In this document: piece by piece, positions 14,585 through 24,600 of the stretch
How the letters are laid out: the number at the start of each line of letters is the position of its first letter
Position numbering within the stretch: position 1 is the first letter of the stretch
Source: Laetmonice hystrix
Lineage: Eukaryota
Direction of reading: 5' to 3'
NCBI GenBank assembly: GCA_965235115.1
Contig: OZ249439.1
Span: forward strand, 16,492,001-16,556,000
DNA: 64,000 nucleotides
The notes under the pieces: generated by a model
What the model was told of the DNA's origin: nothing
What the model saw: only the letters and a program-made list of their open reading frames with translations
The model's database searches: none
Translations under genes and position numbers: made by a program

Positions 14585-17249
14585 TCAAGGCACATGGGGC
14601 CTTTTCAAGCTGAAGGCAGACAGGAGAGAAGTCGTGAATTCCTTACAGAAGATCAAGTAAAAGAAAGGGTTGAGGAGAGCACTGCTGTAGCTCAACCATT
14701 CCAGCACCATCGTCACCTGTACGGGCATACCCTGGATACAACTTGGGCAGAAAGATATCGTGGTCGATGCAATCACGTAGGGTAAAGATCCCACCAGGAA
14801 TAAGACCGACATGAAGAGTAACAGTCGAGCATTAGCTTTGTGATATTTGATGCGAGTCGACAGCCGATAGCTTTGGCTTTGTTGGACCTGAGCCATGTAG
14901 TTAAAGGTCGAAGTCTGTGCTAGGTTCTCGCGGGCCCTCTTCAAGGTTTCTGTGACGTCAATCAGGGACAAGCCAGGACCGTTTGACTGCGGTCTTTGGC
15001 TGACCCCGGGGCTCTTCGTGGCTCCAGCATTGCCGTTGCTTAGTGGAGTCGCAGGGTTCGCCATATGTACACTGTTGCTGTTACGGGTCTTGTAACGACA
15101 GCTGAGTAGTCTGGGTCGAATGGGGTTGACTTTGGGTGCGGGCTGGTTCGCAGGTAAGCTGAACTTGACGCTTTTGTTGCTGTAGCGTTTGCTGACGTTC
15201 CGCTTGAGAATAGACCGTTGGCCAGCAGTGTTATCGGCGGCACCGAATGAGCTGGTGCGGGAGGTCGGGCTCAGAGTCTCTTCGCTGCTACTGCTCGCCA
15301 ACAGCTCCACCGGCTGCTCCGCCCCAATCAAATCCAGGCCCCCTGGACACACCCGGCCAGTATCGGTCGGAGGGGCCTTCACCTTAATGCATTCTGACAG
15401 AGGATGCTCCTCGGCAGGGTTGAGTTGAAAGGTGGGGTTGTCATGGTCACGGTAGAGCGTTTCCTCAGAGAGCAGTCTAGATGTCATGTCCATGACAACA
15501 GTCAAATCGTCATCTAGAGGTTCATTGAGGGCTTCCTTGCCAAGTTTAGTCTTCACGTGAACCATGCTGACCTGGGGGTCACAGGACAAGGGGGTCTCCT
15601 CAGCAGATTCGGTTAGATCCGTCTGGATGGGGACCCTGTCACTGCTGACTGCCGAACCATCGTGCAGACCGTCTGGGGGACGCTCACTGCCCTGTCCATC
15701 TCCTGAGAGTGTTTGTATGCCCTGGAGGACATCACTGCACACACATTCTCCAAGGGCCTTCGTCCCAACCTCTGTCGTGCTGCCTATGCTATCCGGGAGT
15801 TGGTCTTGATTTCTGCCTTCAGGACTTGCATCGTTTTTCTCATTCCGTTCAGCCTCCTCAGTAGATAGGCGGAGGGAGACATCTTTCGGGTTTACAGGAC
15901 CAGCGTCAATGTTTGAGGTTCCCTGAACATCTGAAATGACAGTTGGTGAGTTGCTGCTGTCCATAGCTGCTGCTGTTTGGAGAGTTTTAGAGGTGGTGCC
16001 GTTGGCCGCATCGGTACAATCGTCACTTGCCACAGAGTTCTCAAAGGTAACAAAACCGTTTGAGGAGACGTCACCAATTAGGTCAGACTGAAGCCTGCAA
16101 ATGATCTCTTTTTGGTGGTTGAGGGTGAAAACAACCCAGACGGAGACAGCAGTCATGAAGAGAAGAGGTAGGAGGTAGTTAGGAACCAGTCCAGCAGCGA
16201 GGTAGATGTAGTCCATGGGAACACCAGAGTAGAAGAGATGGGAAGGTCGGGTGTGGGTGACGACCAGCCCGATATAGGGGACGGAGAGGAGGGCGGGTAT
16301 GATCCAGGCGATCAGTAACTGGCTGGTGATGAAGGACGCCGAGGTGAACCTCGCCATTTTAAGCGGCGTGTGGAGGGTCGGGTGACAGTGGAGAGTGGCC
16401 AGGCTGAGGTGGGTCAGAGTTAGGCAGCAGCTGGCGAGATGGACGCCCTGCCATACGGTCGACAGCCACGGCGGCACCCCAGCGCCACCTACAGCAGAAA
16501 CATGACATCAAACTCAAAACGTCCCAGGATATGGGCGGCACAGTCAGTCAGATAGGTGTATGACCTGTCGACGTCTGCATGCCTCATTCAACAAACCAGC
16601 CACATATAAGTTCTACATTTACCTTTGTTGATTGTTAGTGAATACTGGTCCCAGTTGAGACTAGGGTAAGGTTCTACAGGAAGTCCGTCATTGACTTTTT
16701 AGATCAATAATTTTTAATAGACTAGATCTTACACCTTTGCAAATAAATAAAAAAAGGGAAGATATGTCGGACTGGAGACCTTTTTTTGTAAAAGGCTATT
16801 GACTATACGTGTAATAATTTTGACTCACCTATCAGAACTCGAGCGATTGACATGGGCAGGACAGTGATTGACCGTAAGACGTCGCTAAGTGCCAGGGAGG
16901 CGAGGAGGAAGTAAAACAACAGGTGGAGCCGTGAACTTCGGGCCACCACCGCCAGAACTGTGATGTTACTACTGAAACAGACCGCCGTGATGATCATCAG
17001 GAGTATAACGGGCCAGTCGTGAGCCAGGTTAGGAGACCCTGCTGGTGGGTCGTTCAGGGTAGTCGAATTCATTTCTGAGCCTTCCGTACCCGCCTGACCA
17101 GTATCCCACAAACTTGTGTTGGAATCAGTGGAAACCATTTCCGATTGGACGGTTGTTGTCACATAGAGTGCCAATGGGGCCATGCTGTCATGGGTTGTCG
17201 TCCATAAAGTCGGCCATACAAAAGTTGTCTCTGCTGGAACCACGCTCAT
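14585..17249 (-). CDS. Class A (rhodopsin-like) GPCR with aminergic-type scaffold, atypical/orphan, 774 aa
   Basis: Coding exons 17249-16829 (421 nt, phase 1, donor G|GTGAGT) and 16488-14585 (acceptor TTTCTGCTGTAG; TGA at 14587-14585); intron 340 nt. Seven hydrophobic segments: TM1 SSNITVL, TM2 LASLALSDVL, TM3 STVWQGVHLASCCLTLTHLSLATLHCH, TM4 IAWIIPALLSVP, TM5 YLLPLLFM, TM6 FLVGSLPY, TM7 EWLSYSSALLNPFFY. ECL3 FCPSC; N-terminal NTS/NST sequons. Confidence 0.9.
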
Positions 17250-18529
17250 CTTGGTGTGTCTACAGCAAGAAACGCGTCCCAGGAAAAATATATTAGCGTA
17301 TTCCTCTCCTCAGTGACAGCCATGAGGAGGGATCGTGAAAGGATACCTGTAGGACGAGTCGACAGGTGTAACCTTGATCCATTTCCAGTTCTTAATTAAC
17401 CTGCACGCATCAGTCGCTGTAAACACGTGGGGCTCATGAATCGTTAATCTGTAGCCCCTGGGTTGGTGTACTGTTATACTATTTACCGCTGGTTCAGTAT
17501 CTGTCTAGTCATAGGATAAAACCCATGGGTGACGACCAGGGCTTGATGAGCGTCTTGATGGTGGGTTTCTGAGACACGTCTGGTGGGCGCACCTTATGGA
17601 TGTTGAATGATTAGATGCTGAGTCAGTGGGTCAGGTAAAAAATCACTTGCTGCCAGTCAGGCCGAAACTGTTAACAGGTGAAAGTTTCACAGGGCGTTGT
17701 GTTACATTTGTATTGTCGGTAGAGCCACTCCTTCCGGTATCGGTTTGCTGATCTTGAAACAGATAAGATAGAGAGAGATGGTAATCATTTCATATTAGCT
17801 CAAAATCCACTACGAACAGCCGTCTCCTTTTTCCTAATAGCCTTACTATAAAGAACGATGCAGCGGAAACAAATTGCCATTTTTATATACTTCTTATGTT
17901 TGAATCTCGACAAACTCATGAAGAGGCTTATCAGGCCCCCTTTAGCATGGGATGATTGAGTTAATTTGTTAGTTGAGTATTGCTTATAAAGCTAATCCGT
18001 GCCATCTACCGTCCTTAATTTATGGCTAAAAAACCGTCGGGAATGGAGAGTTTGCGAACTAATCGGTGACAGTCTGTTGCATCTCAGTGGTTGTCAGGAC
18101 ATGTATTGGTATTGACCTGCTGTTGGCGCCCAACATTAGCCACAAGGGTTAACAAAGCGCCTCCGCTATGGTAAACAGACATTTCACGGCGTGATTGTGT
18201 GGGTAATGACGCAGAGTCTGATGTGGCCGTCCGTAAATATGTCGTGCCACACTAAACCATTAACACTTGATGGAATTGATGGCTGTTGAGTCCTCCTACA
18301 GTAAGTGATATATAACCTGCTATAAGTGGCCGCTCTCGGAATAAGAGTATCTTACAAGTGATACCCACTTAAAACAGGTTTTGGTCCTTGCATTACTGTT
18401 GCATTCATTACTAATAAAGAGAGATGAATATCGGTGAATTACATTACTGAACATTACGTATTTCAAGCCAAATATTAACAATTAGCCGTAACAGATAGCG
18501 TTGACTAGCCGAGAATAAGCAGCTGTTAC

Positions 18530-18741
18530 CTGGTGTTTCGTTTAGATTTAACTCCGTCTGTAAATACAGTGTCACTGTTCCATCCAGGTCACCGGTAGTT
18601 TAGGTGACAAATCTGAATGTAGATGACGAAGGTAGGCGGCCACTGTTGAGATTCTCTAGGTGCTCGTCTTAGTACGTTTAGTGTGGATTCACGGACAGCC
18701 ACGCCTCGGGTCCGGGTGTTGCCACCAGGTGTTCAACACAC
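18530..18741 (-). other. Putative non-coding 5' UTR exon of the GPCR
   Basis: Minus-strand acceptor TTAATTTCTACAG| before 18741 and donor CAG|GTAACA after 18530. A further minus-strand donor CCC|GTGAGT lies at 19724/19723. Based on splice signals only. Confidence 0.35.
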
Positions 18742-21012
18742 CTGTAGAAATTAACAACTTCGTTCGTAGACCTGAGTACAACATGTAGTTCAAGTCTGGC
18801 ATCTTAGACTCGTTTTCTAGTCTGTGAAGATAAAGCTCTTCACTACTTTAGGCGAAAATCTTTAATATGGCCACTCTGGTTCTCAGACAGGCATTATTAA
18901 TTAACTGTTGTAATGTCGAGAGTTGGTGAAATCAAAGCTTGGTAAAGGCCAAGTCAGAATTAGAGTCGTATTCCCTCAAATAAAAGTGGCTCAAACTTAC
19001 AAAGAGCTGCGCTGGCGGGAGATGGTTCGGGAACATTCTAAGAACATTTAGTTGGGAGTTTCTTTCCTGTCTAACATCTACATCAAGGATGATGGTTTTT
19101 GCCTCTAGTGAGTAGAAATCCGTCCTTCCTTTGTGCATATTTATCACGTTCACTCCTCAGAAAAGGCGTAGGAGCTGACGATGTTATTACAATATAATAG
19201 ATTATGAAAAAAATTGAAAGGCCTTTTGCTTTTCAAATTTTAACTCTAACAAACGTTGAAACGGTGGATCTGGAATGTAGAAACTCTTGTCTTGCTAGCG
19301 AATAAAGAAATAATTAAGTTGAATATATTGAATTCAATTGAATATATTGACATGTCCAAGTAATATGTGAAGCGGACCGTCTGCATGCCTGCTGTCGAGG
19401 GCACAACTGAGCAAGTACAGAAAGACCTTTTTCATAGTTTTGAATGTGAGAGTGGGTTTTACCCCTGGTCGGAGTGTACTGTTTGCACAGTAGTAAATAT
19501 TTTGAGCCGCCCATTTAAGTTTGAAGAAATGTCGGTTTGGGTAATTACAGGAAGGTCACAGAAAGTAAGGTAAACCACTGATTTTTTTTTTGTGAGCCTT
19601 ATTCAGTGTCTTGTCCTTTTGAATCAGAAAGTGAGAAACTAACAAGGCACTTGTGGCTGTGACTCATAGTGGTTACCGCCGTAAACGGTGGCCGTAAGAA
19701 TGAACTGGGCGCCTCCTACTCACGGGAAGCCCATAGATTGGTCCCAGAATCTACACTGACTCACCACCAGGTAGCTGTGACAAGCTGTCCTCTACAGTGG
19801 ACTCACAACAGTCGGTATCCTGCCGTGCGTTAAAATCCCCATTGAAAATACATCGGGGTTAACAATACGACAAGCTAGCGGCAAGTTGTGAAACGCCGCC
19901 CTCCACACCCCCGACTTCATCTAATAGGTCAGATCAACTCAATACTGAAGATCATCCATAAGTTCTGTTGTGTATCTACTGGGATAAGGTCGTTAACTTC
20001 CAGTACATAGATGATGCCCTTTTAGAAATTGTGAACATTTTGCAAGCCATACTTACGATCAGTAGTGATAGTACGACTGGCAGCTGGTCTGTGGTTGGCT
20101 GTAGTAGTCCGGAGTCAGACTGGCCAGTGGACGCTGTATACAGGGTAGAGGATTGACCGAGAATGGGACACCTGAAACACGGACCTCTCAATGTCCGCTG
20201 CGCAGAGAGCATTTGACACCTTTTTGTTGGAACCCCTCTGGTGAAAAGCTTCTTCAGTTGAAAGTTGAATGTGTCGGCCCGTGGACGTCCTATAGTGTAG
20301 GCGTGTCGAGTGAAAGTGTCCGTAATGAGCCCACCTGTAGATTTGTCCATACCTGTTGTGATCAGATTGGGCAGGATTCATGTTCCCGCGTAGATTCTCA
20401 CAATAGGAGCATTATCTACATGGCTCATGTCATTGTAAGGTAGGTCCCACAGGGATATAGATGCTGCGAGCCTGGCCTTGGTATTAGGATCCCGAGACCC
20501 ACACCACCAATGTTGATGTGTGGACTGATGAAGTTTGGGTCTGTCACAGGTTGCTGCACAGCGAGGTCGTATCCCTCCCACCTGTCATATGGCGGCCCCA
20601 CCCAGTTCAGGTGGCATCGCCGCCGCCTGATTGGTGACGAGGCAGTGGCTGTCAGCGCCAGTCCGGTGGACGAATATTACACTACCAGCTCTCGCACCAG
20701 TGCTGGTAGTATTATGTGGGAAGAACGACAGCTGACTTACATAAAGCCTCACTGCTTCAGCACCAAGGGCCAACAAAACATGCCACGCGTACATGATATA
20801 CGTGGAAACGTCACATCAGAAGGGTCACCATGGAAACATCTGGGGCATGGGTGGAATGGACGTTTGATAGAGCTCTCAGATCAGCTTGGCAAAACCTGGG
20901 GGGGGGGGGGGGCAGTGCTCAATTCAAAAGTGCCTGTAATTGGTATAATTCAGGTGTTGATATTCAGTTGATATCCAGTCTGTGTTTTACTCAGTTTCTC
21001 TCAGGCTATTAA

Positions 21013-21352
21013 AGGTGCTATTCGTGAACAAAAATTCAATTTTTTTATTTTTAATTTTGTTGACGTTTATGTGATCCCACCTATCATGGAAATAGATTCA
21101 CAACAAAGGAAATCAAAATTTTTCATGGATAACGGCACAAATGGGGCTCTCTCAGAAGGCCTGTGGAGACCCTGATACGCCCCACCATAGGAAATGGCTC
21201 TATCTCGGTGCGCACCGAGATAGGTTTCAAATGCTGCACACAAACTAATAGAAGGTTTATCAGGCCAATGGTATCGGTAGGAATATTTTTTAGTACTATG
21301 TGCACAATGTATGATAGGAGAAATGCCATTCTGTGCGAGACGAAGAGCACCT
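21013..21352. mobile_element. Non-autonomous Kolobok-like DNA transposon (MITE), 340 bp
   Basis: TTAA on both sides (21009-21012, 21353-21356). TIR AGGTGCTATTCGT / ACGAAGAGCACCT (12 of 13 match). Purine-purine termini plus TTAA TSD are the Kolobok signature. No coding capacity. Confidence 0.75.
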
Positions 21353-21662
21353 TTAAATGTAAAAGGAGGCTTTAATACCGTTAGTCTTGCTCATGGCCAT
21401 GGGTAAAGCAAAGCATTGCCGGGCTACCAAAGAACAGGAAGCATGGCTAAGTAGCAGGGTAACAATGTCACCTTGTATTAAGTTTGGGTGATTGTAACAT
21501 TGTACGATTAACTCCCATTGTTTCTGTGAGTCAGTGGGATTGAGACCCTATAAAGGTTCAGTATTGGTGTTTTGCAGTTGAAGATGGGGGATGGTATTTA
21601 CCTGTACTGGTAACCATGGTGCCATACAATATTTAATGTAAATAACACTTTTGTCCTTGCAG

Positions 21663-24600
21663 TTGTCGCCATCTGACACTGACATTGTGGAATCCAACAA
21701 GCGGGAAGCATTGGAGGCACGGGAGTACGCACGCAAACTGAGCATCGTTGTACTGTCCTCCGATAAAAAGGATGAACAGAAAGAAAAGGACAAGGAAGAA
21801 AAAGACAACAAGCTTTACCAGGTAAACAATTAATTATCTTGGTTGTTTTGTTGTAAGGAATTCCAATTGAATACGTCCAATTAGTGCTGCCTTGATGAAA
21901 TTTGGAAGAGATAGTGAACATACCAACACTTGTAAAGTTACTTGATATCCTTGCACGGACAAAAATGAAAGTGAGCAAAGGAAATAATGATGCGAAACGG
22001 ACAGAGAGGTGCAGACAGAGGGATAGTTGGAAATAAAAGATGGAAACAAGATAATTGCAGTAATGATAACTGAGTGGGTGGAATTTTGTATTTGAAGAAA
22101 GATTGGCCTGAAAAAAGACGGCCCAAAAAAACAAACAGAATTTTTTTTAATGTTTGACGTCATGTCCTGTTATTTAATCCAATAATTTTGTTTGCAGCAA
22201 AATCAGGGAGGTAACCAGAAGCTGGGGCTGTGCGAGGCTCTGCTCACCATTGGAGACTGGCACCATGCTCAGAAGGTTCTCGACCGTCTGCCAGACTTCT
22301 TTGCCGCCTCACACCCACCAGTTGCTAGCGCCATCTGTGCCCTGGTCCATGCAGCCATCGAGCCACTGTACTTAGTGTGAGTATCAAGGCACTCATCATT
22401 TAGACAAGCTGCCTGCAATTTGTTCAGCCATATCTGGGATAAGTTAGCCTGGAGTAAGTAGGCATGATAGACCAATGACAGCAACAAATATTCAAGTATT
22501 GAAAAATAATTAAATGTTTGGAGCCTGCACGACCCTTTGTTTTACGTTTTAGTCACACTTAATAATTCTGAAAAAATATTGTTTACGTCTTGTAGGCACT
22601 CAGGCTTGCCAGCAGCTGTGCTAAAACGACGTCCCCGTCCTGCAGCCAGTGACGCAGTTGCCTTGGCCACAGTGACGTCGTGGGAACAGTTACCAAGGGC
22701 ATTCAGTATGCTCCGTTACCTCGGCCCAGACCTTTCCTGTGATACCATACTCATGGGAAAACTCTTGCGTCTTGGCAGAGCTTTCATGGCAACGGTAGGC
22801 CCAGCATTCCTTAATTTAAAGGAATATTTACTCAACATATTATTTGAACACTTAAGTTTGATGAGTTATCTGCTTTCCTGTACTTGAGCCATTTTTATGC
22901 AGTTCATTACTATGTTTTAATGAGACAAGGAAGTATTTAATATACATGCTGTACCCGACGTCTTTAGAAATTGACTTGTTAGGAAATGATTTCAGATAGA
23001 ATTTCCTACATTTGATGTTTGATTGTGGCATTCATGTGTGCGTGTATTGTGATGGCAGCGAGCGGAGATGGAGATGCCGGGACAGCAGATCGAGGATGTG
23101 TTCAGGGGATTACTGACACTGATGGACGAGACCATCTTCCCAAGTCTTTCACTGCTGCCAGGCAACTGCTGTATGGCTGAAGATATCTGGAGTTTCCTAA
23201 AGTTCTTTCCGTACGAGTTCAGGTAGGTTCTCAGGGCCGAGTGGAGAAACAATGCTCACAGTAAAGTCAATATCCCTGCTGTAAACATTGAACCTCAGAG
23301 ATGAGATAGAACGATCAAATCTAGTAAAACTATCTACAGATGTACTTCAGATCTAATAAAAGATACAAATGAATGGAAATCGATAAAGTTACTATGTGGG
23401 TTTTGACATATTTACAATAGAAAACTGTAGCTGGAATAAGTACCCAGTAATGGGTCCCATTACATGGTAACATGAGGACTGGCTGTAATTTTGTAGATAT
23501 CGGTTATATGGTCAATGGAAAAATGACACGTATGCAAGTCATCCCAAGCTGGTGCGGGCACGTGCAGACTGCATTGAGCGTGCCAAGTATGTCATGAAGT
23601 GAGTGATTTTAATTCTTCACTTATATTTTGAGTGATAGCCCAGAGTTTAATCAAGAGAAATATTCTTAAATACTAGAATTAACATCAAACTTCACTTGGT
23701 AAGTTCGTTTAATTTAAAATTATATGGTACACTTAGAATAAAACCAACGAGGATACGCAGCCTTTGAGACATTGATATTAGGATCAGTAGGAACAAAGAT
23801 AGGTAGTTGAATCTCCAGGTAATTGTTCAAAAATACTGGTGTGTACTCTTGTTTTCATATTTACACAACACGCCTCATTGATATGTTTATCAACAGACGA
23901 CTGGCCAAGGAGAATGTGAAACCACTCGGACGTCAAATTGGGAAACTCTCGCACAACAATCCTGCTGTCCTCTTTGAATATGTAATTAGAGATTTTATTG
24001 TGACCCACCTAATGCTTAAAAAGTGTACAAAGTGTAAAACGTGAACTATACAGTAACTACAATAAATTTGGTTGACCTCAGTTTATCAGTCTCCCAAAAA
24101 GGATATTAGGCATTCACTCCAATAGACAATTAAGAACAAAAATAAATTTAATCTAGGATTCAATGGTGCCTGGATGTGTATATTCCGAACGTATGTTTCA
24201 GGTCCTGTCCCAGATTCAGAAGTACGACAACTTTATAGGGCCTGTGGTTGATTCGTTCAAGTTTCTCACATCCCTCGCATATGATGTCCTGGCCTGTATC
24301 CTTCACCAAGCAGTCATAATGACAACTACTATGTTTTACTGATTGGATATGTTGAAAAAAAGTAAAGAGAATGTTGCTCTGTAATCATTATAAATCACTT
24401 GTAGTTAATCCTTAACCTGCTAAGACTGTATCATAGAAGCCCTCGCCAATCCTGACAGACAGAGACTGAAGACAGATGACACGAATATCTCACTCTGGCT
24501 ACAAAGTATGTCATGACTTCTATCAGCTTTACACCAACAGTAGACTTCTTATGTAGAATCAAGCATGTCAATTCAGGCAAATAGTTGGAATAAAGAAACG

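Noticed and set aside
3000-19000. Recurrent CAGGTG/CACCTG E-boxes and TTAATTA motifs around the GPCR
   Set aside because: Enrichment could not be computed; short motifs are expected frequently by chance.
19976-20971. Cluster of overlapping 60-150 aa ORFs on both strands
   Set aside because: No recognisable protein family and no THOC2 or transposase motifs.
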